NCBI GenBank assembly: GCA_964016885.1 | Contig: OZ024742.1 | Coordinates: forward strand, 228,284,001 to 228,348,000 | Direction of reading: 5' to 3' | DNA: 64,000 bases | Origin: Eledone cirrhosa | Lineage: Eukaryota | Part shown: positions 24,696 through 39,454 of the stretch, piece after piece | Layout of the letters: each line of letters starts with the position of its first letter | Numbering within the stretch: position 1 is the first letter of the stretch | The notes under the pieces: generated by a model | What the model was told of the DNA's origin: nothing | Seen by the model: only the letters and a program-made list of their open reading frames with translations | The model's database searches: none | Position numbers and translations under genes: made by a program

Positions 24696-24754
24696 CACAC
24701 ACAGACAGACATCCTCAGTTTTATAAAACCACCCGCTGGGCGGTTTTCTGCTAG

Positions 24755-25030
24755 TCTATATATCTAAAACAGAGAATGTCTGTCTGTCTGTCAGCTCACT
24801 AAAACTTGAGAACCATCCAACCGATTGTTTTCAAACTTTAGACATGTAATACTTATGGTCCTGTGAGTGTTTTGAGCAAAAATTATTTCAAATTTTCAAT
24901 GCGATTTAGCGTTCTCTCTCTATAATTCTTAGTCTTTCTTTTTAGATAGATACATAGATATAACGTTGCGCCCTTATAATATCTGTCTGTATGTCTGGCT
25001 GTCTGCATTACGTCATTATGACGCTCTCAG
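24755..25030 (+). mobile_element. Second copy of the same Helitron-like family in the opposite orientation (5' part)
   Basis: TCTATATATCTAAAACAGAGAATGTCTGTCTG... is the reverse complement of about 24420-24695. Confidence 0.6.
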
Positions 25031-25360
25031 TGTGTGTGTGTGTATATATATATATGTATCGTAATGCAGACAGCAAGACATAGCTTTCCTTCCCCTCTTC
25101 CAGCGTCTCTCTCTCCCCCTCCCACTATCCCCCTCTTGTAGTCTGTCTCTTTCTTTCACTCTCACTCTCTCTCTACGCGTCGGACAGACAGACAGAGAAA
25201 TTGCTGGTTATATATTATAAGGATATGTTATTTACAATTTGCGTGTAGGCAGGTCTCTCTGGAAATAAGGTTGGGTGGCTTTGAGGGTATTATGTGACTG
25301 TAAGGTGGGAGGTGGTCCCAAAAGTTGAGAACCTCACACACACACACACACATATATATA

Positions 25361-25930
25361 CAGTTATGCCTTGCAGTACAAGTTTAATTCGTTCCATGAC
25401 TGAGCTCGTTTTACGATTTACTCGTTTTAAAAATCAATTTTCCCCATTGAAATTCATTAAAATATAAATAATCCGTTCCAGCTACCCCATCATTTTTTAT
25501 GGGTTTTAAATCAAAAGATGCAGTTACAAGGAAAATGTAAATCATAAAAACATAATGAAAGAGAAGGCAAAAGAAATATGTAAACTGGTTTGATTAATTT
25601 AATTACCTTAAAGATGGGACGATTTGTGCACAAGGAAGACAATGGAGCAGGGAGGAGGAGGATTATTGTTTGGAAGGAGAATTTCCTTCCATTAAGACTT
25701 CATGAAGAACAATTTCTGGCATTTTCTCTCTCACTTCGCTTAATTTAGGCTTTTTGGATACACTTTCTTCACTTTCCACACATTCAGGTCGTTTCATTAG
25801 AAACCTATCGAGAGAAGTCTGCGTTTTCTTGCCTTTCAAAATGTTACAAAAATGTGCCAGAGCAGTGTCATTAAATAAAGCAACTGCATGACCTGTAGAT
25901 ACTTTTTCAGGATGATTTTTTTTTCTATAA
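25361..25930 (-). mobile_element. Tigger/pogo DNA transposon 3' end
   Basis: TA|CAGTTATGCCTTGCAGTAC terminus. The minus strand encodes HPEKVSTGHAVALFNDTALAHFCNILKGKKTQTSLDRFL, resembling a Tigger transposase C-terminus. Confidence 0.75.
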
Positions 25931-25942
25931 AAAAGAGATATT

Positions 25943-28225
<2,283 letters not shown>

Positions 28226-30654
28226 AAATGTATATCACTGATATTTTGTAGGAATTGTGATTTAACTAAATACATACGTGTTCATAGTGGAGAGCAGCTA
28301 TGCCATTTTCATCATCACCATCATTGTTTAACATCTACTTTCCAAGAGTTTTGATATCTGTGGTAAATCATTCGGTAAAAAATGTCTCTTAATACACATT
28401 TTTATATTAATACAGAAGTATAGCCATATCAATGTCAAAAGTCATTCTATAAAAAAAGAAGATATAATGTTTGATAATAACCTTCTAAAACTATCTTTTA
28501 TATAACCACAAATGTATCTACATTGGTGAAATAATTTATCGTTGTAATATTTTTAATAAAAATAAACTTTCACAATACATATTTGTTTTCTATCTAGCAT
28601 ATTTATAGAAGCATAGATTAATTGGGTGTGTATAAAAGAAATCAGATGCCATGTATAAGAGAGAAAATTGTGCTGGTATGGATAAATTATGTGTACAGAT
28701 TGTGATCACTGGGTGAAGAAGAGGTCTAAGTGGAAGGAAGCTGCAGTAGAAGGAGACCTGGGCATAAGTGATGATACCATATTTCAAAATGCTGCATCTG
28801 ACAGTAGATGACAAAAGAACATAACAACTGCAAAAGTTCCATCAAAACCATGCAAGTATGGGAAAGCAGACTTAAAAGGATAGTAATATTTTAAATTATG
28901 AATAAATAGCTGAGAAATGAATTCTTATAAATCAGATGTTAGAAATATATTCACAAACATAAAAAAAATATTTCATTATACACTAATCAGATTCAGATTT
29001 GATATCCCCAGCCACCACTATAATAAACCTATCATAAACCCTCCACCTCTCTCAGTAAGTCTTATCTCAAAACCTCGTGCTGCTAGAGGTCACCCACCCA
29101 CATTAGACCTACTCCACCCTTGACATATACACATTATATACTTCTTTTGCCCTCCCTCCTGTAGAATATGGAGGGCTCATCAGTTGAGACAATGACCAAC
29201 ACATCACTATTACTGATACCACAAGAAATTTATCCAGTACACCCTGTAAAGCAGTTTGTGATAGGAAGAGCATTCCACAGTAGAAGCTATGCCAAAAGAG
29301 TAGAGTGGATTCTCCAGTTGTTACAAGGGCAAGTGTTGGTGATGTACATGATAAACGTACACAGTATATTCTGTAAAGTGGTTCATGATAAGAACATCCA
29401 GCTGTGGACAACTTGCCAAATAATGGGTCATGAGGACTCTTCAGCTGTATCAATGATATAACAGCCCCCCTATTGTTGGTGATTAGACGATAAACACAGC
29501 ACGTAAAGAGATTGGTGATACAAGGTACAACTAGCTGTAGAAAAAGTGAAGCCTACGGCCTATCAGAGGTCAGTAGCTCCACTTGAGTACTATTGTGGTC
29601 TGTGATGACCTGTTCAACATTGTTAGCAGCGAAAGAGGTTAAATGATAATCATGATGATCCTCCATAACTAACACGATATCCAAAATAAAGAAAGATCAT
29701 CTGATTTGGGCATGTCAACGTTTCAGACTTTGTATTCCCTTGCAAAAATGCATACTTGCAAAGCTACCAGGTGTATTGTGTTGTACAAGCACCACCTGGA
29801 CTTTGTTGTTACAATATGAAGTTGGCAGAGTTGTTTTGGCATTCTTTTTTTTTCTCTAACACCTTGACCACTACCACTACTATCTCCATTATCACCAACC
29901 TCACTCACCAGTATAACTTAGAAGAACTCAGAGAGGTGGACAAAATACTTTTTTGAATATTTTGTTACTGATCTTGTTTTTATATTCTAAGTTCAAATCC
30001 TGCCAAGATTAACTTTATTTGCCTTTTATCATTCTGGAGTTGATAAAGTAAAGCACCAGTCATGTTATAGAGTGGGTTCACATCTTCACATGCTGTAAAA
30101 TAGAGCTCTTTTGACCAAATGTGGCTGGGTTTTTTTTTTAATTGGAAAAAAAAAGCTGTTAAACTCTTAACGTCCTGTTCCACACAAATCTGTATCACCT
30201 GATGTTATGGAGAAAACACTGTCCCCTACCCCTATTATTTGCTTTTTGAGTTTTCTCAACACCTACAGAACCTAATGCTATGCCTCCTCCAAAAGAGGTA
30301 TACGTAGGAACTATTATATGAGACTCATGAACAAATGCTTTTTTTTTAATAGCATGGTGGGTGGAGGAACAATTGGCCATGTTAGGTACAGGTCCACTGT
30401 ATTACAGTGTGAGTTCAAATCCTGCTGAAGTCAACTTTGTTTTTCATCATCTTGCAGTTGATAAAGTAAAGTACCACTCATTTACTTAGGGGTTGGGAAT
30501 TCAATATCCAGTTCTCACCCAAAAATGTGTGGCCTTGTGTTTATATATATTATTGTCCAATTATTCAGGAAAAAAGTATATATTTTCACAATAGTTAGGC
30601 CTCAGTTGTAAAAAAATAATGTTATAAAAACATCACAGATCTTATTTAGTCACA

Positions 30655-30830
30655 TAGTATCGGTAGAGGGTCGGATGCCATGCTTTCTAGCATAGCTACG
30701 TCCCTTTACATTCTGAGTTCAAATCCCGCCGAGGTTAACTTTGCCTTTCATCCTTACGGGGTCGATAAAATAAAGTACCAGTAATGTACTGGGTAATTGC
30801 TGGCTTTGTGCCAAAAGTAGAAACAATTAT
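30655..30830 (+). mobile_element. tRNA-derived SINE (same family as 19065-19470)
   Basis: AGTATCGGTAGAGGGTCGG...GAGTTCAAATCCCGCCGAGG...GGGGTCGATAAAATAAAGTACC...AAAAGTAGAAACAATTATT. Confidence 0.85.
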
Positions 30831-30909
30831 TTATTTATTTTATCAATTTCTCTTCAACAAATGAGGTTCAGTTATACTGATATCAAAATAACAAACATTG
30901 CTGATATAT

Positions 30910-31181
30910 TATAATAATAATAATAATAATAATGAAATTATTGTGTAAAGTGCTCAGGTGCACTACAACTCGTCAAAGGTGCATGTATAGTACATAGAAT
31001 AATATACAAATGTCAGGGAAGTGAACAGTGTATGAGTCATGATATACATGTGTGCATGTGTGTGGAGGGGGAACATTAGGTGTAGTGTTGGCGAATCTCG
31101 GGAAGCATAGAGGTTTTAAAGGATGCAGTCTTGACAGCTAACAACTGATGCAGGTAGTTTGTTCCATGCTTCAGCAACTCT
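30910..31181 (-). mobile_element. Short 3' end of the CR1-like family seen at 15960-18910
   Basis: Reverse complement of 18651-18910, including the (ATT)n tail. Confidence 0.88.
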
Positions 31182-32169
31182 ATGTTATCAGTTCTTATTT
31201 GCAATGAGTATTTTTAAACTCAGTATAAATCTAGGAAACTTGTGTATAATGTGCCCCATCCCTTTTCCCCTTAATTTTAGTTACATTTTTTTTTTGTATT
31301 ATGCAGGAGAAAATACAGTATATATATGTATGTGTGCTTGTGTGAGTATATATATATATATAGGAATAAAAAAAGTGGGTCACACAAGACAAAGATAATG
31401 GAAAAAACAGCAGTCAAAACTGACAGTCCTTTCACTTCAGACAACTTTTGGGAATCCTTAGTTTCAGTGCATTAAACTTATCATGGCCATGTGCATGGGA
31501 CAGAATGTACTTAAATTAGTTAGTTGAGTTACGTCCCTTGAAAGTAGACTGCTCCGTTCAATAAATAGGACTCTACAAAATAAGTACTAAACAAAATATT
31601 AGGATTAATGTAATCAATTAATACACTTGTAACAGGTGCGCCAACATAGCTCTAGACCAAAATGTCTGAAACTTGTAAAATATATTAAAAGGTAAAGATT
31701 AAAATCATCATTATATGTCCATTTTCCATGCTGGCTTGAGTGTGGGTGGGTTGCTATGTTCCAAGACTAGAGGAGTTAGAGAATCATGTCTTGCACATAC
31801 ATTTCAATTATGGCATGGTTTCTAGTTAGATGTTCTTCCTAATGCCAATTTCTTTGTGAGTTTATTGGGTGCATTTTCTTGTGGTACCAGCACTACCACT
31901 AATGCATATAGTATAATAAAGTGCATATTGCTAAATTCATCATTATCGTCCATCTTCCATGCTAGCATGGGTTAGATGGGTTTGCCCCTTTTAGAGGCAA
32001 GTTGGGTTGGGTGACCGTGTCTCACTCATATAGGATTGTTTCTGGCAGGTTTTCTACGGCTAGATGCCCTTCCTAATGCCAACCACATTTACAGTGTGGG
32101 TGGGATGTTTTGTGTTACCAACATAACATAGATACATATATATATATATATTTGTGTGTACATTCATAT

Positions 32170-35100
32170 ATCATCATCATCACCACCGTTTTATGTCTAT
32201 TTTCCACTACTAGTATGGGTTAGACAAGTTGTCCTATTGTGGGCAATGCTAGGTCAGGTGACCATGTCTTGCTCATACAGTACTGATTCTGGCTTGGTTT
32301 CTACAGCTATATGCTCTTCCTAATGCCAACCTCATTTACAGTGAGCACTGGGTGCTTTTTGTTGTGATGCCTACATGACCACCTTACAGTGTGGACTGGG
32401 TGCTTTTTGTTGTGATGCCTACATGACCACCTTACAGTGTGGACTGGGTGCTTTTTGTTGTGATGCCTACTTGACCACCTTACAGTGTGGACTGGGTGCT
32501 TTTTGTTGTGATGCCTACTTGACCACCTTACAGTGTGGACTGGGTGCTTTTTGTTGTGATGCCTACATGACCACCTTACAGTGTGGACTGGGTGCTTTTT
32601 GTTGTGATGCCTACTTGACCACCTTGCAGTGTGGACTGGGTGCTTTTTGTTGTGATGCCTACATGACCACCTTACAGTGTGGACTGGGTGCTTTTTGTTG
32701 TGATGCCTACATGACCACCTTACAGTGTGGACTGGGTGCTTTTTGTTGTGATGCCTACATGACCACCTTACAGTGTGGACTGGGTGCTTTTTGTTGTGAT
32801 GCCTACATGACCACCTTACAGTGTGGACTGGGTGCTTTTTGTTGTGATGCCTACTTGACCACCTTACAGTGTGGACTGGGTGCTTTTTGTTGTGATGCCT
32901 ACTTGACCACCTTACAGTGTGGACTGGGTGCTTTTTGTTGTGATGCCTACTTGACCACCTTACAGTGTGGACTGGGTGCTTTTTGTTGTGATGCCTACTT
33001 GACCACCTTACAGTGTGGACTGGGTGCTTTTTGTTGTGATGCCTACTTGACCACCTTACAGTGTGGACTGGGTGCTTTTTGTTGTGATGCCTACTTGACC
33101 ACCTTACAGTGTGGACTGGGTGCTTTTTGTTGTGATGCCTACTTGACCACCTTACAGTGTGGACTGGGTGCTTTTTGTTGTGATGCCTACTTGACCACCT
33201 TGCAGTGTGGACTGGGTGCTTTTTGTTGTGATGCCTACATGACCACCTTACAGTGTGGACTGGGTGCTTTTTGTTGTGATGCCTACATGACCACCTTACA
33301 GTGTGGACTGGGTGCTTTTTGTTGTGATGCCTACATGACCACCTTACAGTGTGGACTGGGTGCTTTTTGTTGTGATGCCTACTTGACCACCTTACAGTGT
33401 GGACTGGGTGCTTTTTGTTGTGATGCCTACTTGACCACCTTACAGTGTGGACTGGGTGCTTTTTGTTGTGATGCCTACTTGACCACCTTACAGTGTGGAC
33501 TGGGTGCTTTTTGTTGTGATGCCTACTTGACCACCTTACAGTGTGGACTGGGTGCTTTTTGTTGTGATGCCTACTTGACCACCTTACAGTGTGGACTGGG
33601 TGCTTTTTGTTGTGATGCCTACTTGACCACCTTACAGTGTGGACTGGGTGCTTTTTGTTGTGATGCCTACTTGACCACCTTACAGTGTGGACTGGGTGCT
33701 TTTTGTTGTGATGCCTACTTGACCACCTTACAGTGTGGACTGGGTGCTTTTTGTTGTGATGCCTACTTGACCACCTTACAGTGTGGACTGGGTGCTTTTT
33801 GTTGTGATGCCTACTTGACCACCTTACAGTGTGGACTGGGTGCTTTTTGTTGTGATGCCTACTTGACCACCTTACAGTGTGGACTGGGTGCTTTTTGTTG
33901 TGATGCCTACTTGACCACCTTACAGTGTGGACTGGGTGCTTTTTGTTGTGATGCCTACTTGACCACCTTACAGTGTGGACTGGGTGCTTTTTGTTGTGAT
34001 GCCTACTTGACCACCTTACAGTGTGGACTGGGTGCTTTTTGTTGTGATGCCTACATGACCACCTTACAGTGTGGACTGGGTGCTTTTTGTTGTGATGCCT
34101 ACATGACCACCTTACAGTGTGGACTGGGTGCTTTTTGTTGTGATGCCTACATGACCACCTTACAGTGTGGACTGGGTGCTTTTTGTTGTGATGCCTACAT
34201 GACCACCTTACAGTGTGGACTGGGTGCTTTTTGTTGTGATGCCTACATGACCACCTTACAGTGTGGACTGGGTGCTTTTTGTTGTGATGCCTACATGACC
34301 ACCTTACAGTGTGGACTGGGTGCTTTTTGTTGTGATGCCTACTTGACCACCTTACAGTGTGGACTGGGTGCTTTTTGTTGTGATGCCTACTTGACCACCT
34401 TACAGTGTGGACTGGGTGCTTTTTGTTGTGATGCCTACTTGACCACCTTACAGTGTGGACTGGGTGCTTTTTGTTGTGATGCCTACTTGACCACCTTACA
34501 GTGTGGACTGGGTGCTTTTTGTTGTGATGCCTACTTGACCACCTTACAGTGTGGACTGGGTGCTTTTTGTTGTGATGCCTACTTGACCACCTTACAGTGT
34601 GGACTGGGTGCTTTTTGTTGTGATGCCTACTTGACCACCTTACAGTGTGGACTGGGTGCTTTTTGTTGTGATGCCTACTTGACCACCTTACAGTGTGGAC
34701 TGGGTGCTTTTTGTTGTGATGCCTACTTGACCACCTTACAGTGTGGACTGGGTGCTTTTTGTTGTGATGCCTACTTGACCACCTTACAGTGTGGACTGGG
34801 TGCTTTTTGTTGTGATGCCTACTTGACCACCTTACAGTGTGGACTGGGTGCTTTTTGTTGTGATGCCTACTTGACCACCTTACAGTGTGGACTGGGTGCT
34901 TTTTGTTGTGATGCCTACTTGACCACCTTACAGTGTGGACTGGGTGCTTTTTGTTGTGATGCCTACTTGACCACCTTACAGTGTGGACTGGGTGCTTTTT
35001 GTTGTGATGCCTACATGACCACCTTACAGTGTGGACTGGGTGCTTTTTGTTGTGATGCCTACATGACCACCTTACAGTGTGGACTGGGTGCTTTTTGTTG

Positions 35101-35872
35101 TGATGCCTACATGACCACCTTACAGTGTGGACTGGGTGCTTTTTGTTGTGATGCCTACATGACCACCTTACAGTGTGGACTGGGTGCTTTTTGTTGTGAT
35201 GCCTACATGACCACCTTACAGTGTGAACTGGGTACTTTTTGACGTGACACCTACACAACCACTTTACAGCGTGGGCTGGGCACTTTTTACTGTGTCACCA
35301 TCATGACCACATTACACTGTGGGCTGGAGGCTTCACTGGATTCATTTACTTTGGCCTGTCCTCATGGAGGTGTATGGGAGGGTGGGTTGGGGTATACTGT
35401 GTATATACTTCAGCTTGTGCCCGTGCATATCTCCAGAGATCTCGGTCCTGTGTCATCACCTTTAAGAGGTGCAGTTGGGCAAGGTCGGCTTTTATCACCT
35501 CATCCCAAGTTTTCCTGGGTCTCCCTGCTCCAAGGCTTCCATCGACTTTGAGCCCTCTGCACCTTTTTACGTAGCTGTCGTCCTTCATATGCATCACATG
35601 TCCATACCAACATAATCTCCTCTTCTTCACACAGCATTTGATTCCTCTTATGCCTAGTTTCTCTCTGAGTTTATTCATGCTTCGCCGTTCTCATATATTA
35701 ATATTACACATCCATTGGAGCATGCAAGCTTCATTTCTTTCCAATCAACGCAAGTCGTCTGCACACAGCCCTCAGGTCTCACTACCATGCAACATTGCTG
35801 TCTGTATGCATGCGTCATACAGTCTGCCTTTCAATCTGAGCGAAAAGTCTTTTGTAGCCAGCAGTGGTAGTA
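32170..35872 (-). mobile_element. RTE LINE 3' part containing the expanded minisatellite in its 3' UTR
   Basis: ORF 35346-35678 (RRLCWYGHVMHM...GRPRKTWDEVI) is followed on the minus strand by the 48-bp array, then GTTGGCATTAGGAAGAGC..., and a (GAT)n tail at 32170-32185. Confidence 0.88.
32336..35240. repeat. Minisatellite, 48-bp unit, about 60 copies (WTGACCACCTTACAGTGTGGACTGGGTGCTTTTTGTTGTGATGCCTAC)
   Basis: Unit starts fall every 48 bp from 32375 to 35207, with only two variant positions. This explains the two long repeat ORFs. Confidence 0.98.
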
Positions 35873-35874
35873 GA

Positions 35875-37180
35875 AATTGTGGAACTGTTAGAAGAGGATG
35901 TATGCTGTGTACAAGAAGTGAGATGGAGGAGTGCTTCAGCAAGATTACTCACTGGCAAACAGCATAGATAAAATCTTTACCTGACAGGAAATGTCATTGG
36001 GGTAGGTGGTGTTGGCATTTTGCTTGCTGAGAAATGGATAGATAAGGTGATAGAGGTAGTTAGAGTAAGTGACAGAATTATCAAGCTTAGAATAGCTGTA
36101 GGAAATAGACTGGTGACAATTACATCAATTATCACTACCAGCCAGGACTGAATAAAGAACACACGGACAGGTTATATGAGGAACTTTTACTAGCAACCTC
36201 AGCTTCTGATGAAAGAGACCGCATCCTCTTGGCAGGGTACTTCAATGAATATACTGGTCAGTATCAGGATGAATTCACTAAAGTTCATGGCTATGATTAT
36301 TGTTTCTACTTTAGGCACAAGGCCAGCAATTATCCAGTGCATTACTGGTACTTTATTTTATCGACCCCGTAAGGATGAAAGGCAAAGTCAACCTCGGCGG
36401 GATTTGAACTCAGATCGTAAAGGGACGTAACTATGCTGGAAAGCATGGCGTCCGACCCTCTACCGATACTGCCAATCCATGATTATGGCTGAAGAAATGA
36501 ACAGGGAATGTGGCACATGGAATTCTGTGATGCAAATGAATTAACTATTTGTAACACAAATTTCAGGAAACTGGCCACATACCAATCAGGCAGGATACAT
36601 CAAGCGAGATACATATAACGTAGAAGACAATTGGAAATTCTTGCATGCCAATCTTTTGTGAACTACTGATGAGATTTAATGTTCATGGAATCTTCTCTAT
36701 GCAGATGATCTAGTCCTTATAGCTGAATCCATAAAAGAACCAGAGAATATGTTCCAACTATGGTAACATAATTTGGAATCAAAAGGGCTGAGAGTAAACT
36801 TAGCCAAAACTAAAGTGTTAGTTAGTAGGAAAAAAGATAGGAACCGGATTCCATCAGGGAAGTAGCCCTGCTCAATATATAAGGGAGTAGGCATAAACTC
36901 TATATGATGTACAAAGGATGCAGTGTGATAACAGGTAGACTAACAGGAAAGGAAGACTTTGTATGTAGAAGATGCACACGGGTAACTGAAGGCAACAGTA
37001 TAAACATTTTCCAATCACAGGAAATGGTTGATAGCTTCTGATATCTAGGTGACTTAATTAGCAGTGGGGGAGGATGCTCTGAGAGCATAATTGCTAGGAT
37101 AAGGATAGGATGAAAGAACTACTCTCACTGTTGACAACAAAAGGTTTCTCCCTATGTTCAAAAGGATGACTGTGTGATGC
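35875..37180 (+). mobile_element. Old RTE fragment, duplicate of 11886-13960, interrupted by a SINE
   Basis: 36207-36295 matches 11885-11977 and 36695-37180 matches 13420-13960, including shared lesions. Confidence 0.82.
36301..36478 (-). mobile_element. tRNA-derived SINE with 8-bp target-site duplication
   Basis: Flanked by ATGATTAT at 36293-36300 and 36479-36486. A and B boxes and a Meta-like core are on the minus strand. Confidence 0.9.
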
Positions 37181-37399
37181 CTCTTTCTGGCCTTGTGGGG
37201 CAGAGGCTGCTGAGGTCATGTGTGTCTAAGTATTCCTTATTGTATGTGAGTTTAAGTAGGAGTCCCAGCTCACTGGTAATCAATCCCACGGAATTCTATA
37301 TCGCTCTCGCTGATCATTTCTATGCATTTTACACAGCAAAATTAACATCAAAGGATGGATATAGTGACTCTACATCTATGCTTACCTATTGTACAGCCT

Positions 37400-38830
37400 G
37401 TTAGGTCCCTAGACAGGCCGCATTCGCTGATTCTGCTCAGGAGGTCCTCCGTGCTGTCACATATATCTGGGGACATTTCGATGATAGGGCATATGATCAG
37501 AGAGAGGATGTAGGAGAGTCTGTAGTTGCTAGAAAGAGGCAGATCAGCCACCATTACCTCAATCTGCAACACAGAAAGATGGAGCGGGTGGACCAGAGCC
37601 ATGCAGACCTCCGAAAACCATGCTGAATTAAAGACAATGATCACACATGCGGTGGGGGCCAGTATAAAACTAACCCTTAAGGAACATGTTTAAATTTAAT
37701 GGCATAACATATGCCCAAGAGGAGGGGGGAAGCCATTGGCTTTATGGAATGGTGGGACAGAAGATTTAAGGAACAATTTAACGACAATTTTATAACCCTG
37801 ACTATGTACTCCTGCTACGTAGGTGACATAAATATCTTAGTAAAAACACCCCCACAGGAGAACAGGCAAGAATTAGAGAAGAACACCATGGAAAGCATCC
37901 AGCAAATAGCTATCTCCATCCACTAGAGTATAATTACTATAGACTACCCAACTAAACACCCCAACCATAGATTACCCGTACTAGACACAGAACTCTGGTT
38001 GGAAAATATTAGTAATAGAACGCAAATCCTCCATTTGCATTATGCCAAACCCATGATCTCCAAATACCTGATCCACCAAAACTCAGCTGTTTCGGACCAC
38101 ATAAAAATCAACATACTGATTGCGGACTTAGTAAGTATGATGAGCAATGTGTCCCGCATGTGCAACCCCAAAAAATTAGAGAGACACATACAACACTTCA
38201 TCCACTGCATGTAGTTCTCTGGCTACAATCAGAGAAACAAGATCAGAGTATATAAAGGAGCTAGAACCAAATGGGCAAAGATTGTAAAAAATGATGCAAA
38301 TGCAACTTGCCCCATGTGTAGGAGCAAATTTTGAAACAGAACACAGAAAAGATGCAATGCTCAGACAAATCACAGAGGTAAAAAATATAAACGAACACCA
38401 ATCAACAGAAAAGATGAGTGGAATAGCAACATCACAACTAGTAATTAAGGACAAAATGATGACATACGGACACATATAAAAACCAAACTAACAAAACAAA
38501 TCAGACACACACAGATAGAACAAACAACCAACAAGTGACAAGTAAATAAACACATAAATAAATAAAAACACCCACACACACGGATGTAACGCATGCGCAA
38601 ACTAAGCACACAACGCACAACACAAAAACAAGATGGTGTAGGACAGAACAAAGAAGAGTCACAAAATAAAAACCTAGTCACTGAGGAGGTCACAGAATGT
38701 GTGACGAAAGAGCTTTGACAATATTTAAACAACCTTCCGGTTATCGAACCAACCGGAAACCTATAATAAATTGAAGTGAAAACCAACAGGTGCGAGTGAT
38801 TTTATTGGCAACATGACTCTCCCAAAGTGT
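37400..38830 (+). mobile_element. Penelope-like element, degenerate RT and 3' terminal region
   Basis: YVGDINILV (RT DD region), IDYPTKHPNHRLPVLDTELW and HYAKPMISKYLIHQNSA are typical PLE RT C-terminal motifs. A hammerhead motif lies downstream. Confidence 0.7.
38677..38719 (+). ncRNA. Minimal type I hammerhead ribozyme motif
   Basis: Reads GTCA (stem I), CTGAGGA core, G, GTCACA/gaatg/TGTGAC (stem II), GAAA, G-ag-C (one-pair stem III within near-palindrome AAAGAGCTTT), TT, TGAC (stem I'). Confidence 0.6.
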
Positions 38831-39062
38831 AACAATATGTACACACACACATATATATATATCATCATTTCATTTTACGTCCGCTTTTTCCCTGCTTGCA
38901 AGGGTGGGACGGGAACTGATGCTGGCTTGATTTCTACAGTTGGATGCCCTTCCTAACTCCCAACCTCATTTACAGTGAGTGGTGGGTGCTTTTTTGCCGT
39001 GGCACCTCCACGACCACTTTGCAGTGGAATGATATGGTCCCCAGTCCCTATCATTTCATTTC

Positions 39063-39448
<386 letters not shown>

Positions 39449-39454
39449 TAAAAA

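Noticed and set aside
22174-25335. hAT-like TIR pair (CAGAGGTTCTCAAAC... / ...GTTGAGAACCTC) bracketing 3.1 kb
   Set aside because: No 8-bp TSD was found and piggyBac-like sequence appears to continue past the left motif. They may be two unrelated MITE ends.
31700-32120. Short GGATGCCCTTCCTAATGCCAAC-type segments (also about 38860-39030 and 53370-53530) as a novel regulatory motif
   Set aside because: They are isolated 3' tails of the RTE family, or of SINEs sharing that tail, ending in (CAT)n.
32336-35240. CRISPR-like array
   Set aside because: Units are contiguous with no unique spacers, there are no cas genes, the context is eukaryotic, and the unit derives from an RTE 3' UTR.
32307-35258. 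983-aa and 955-aa ORFs as annotated genes
   Set aside because: They are fully explained by a stop-free 48-bp unit and have no unique coding flanks. Kept only as a low-interest finding.
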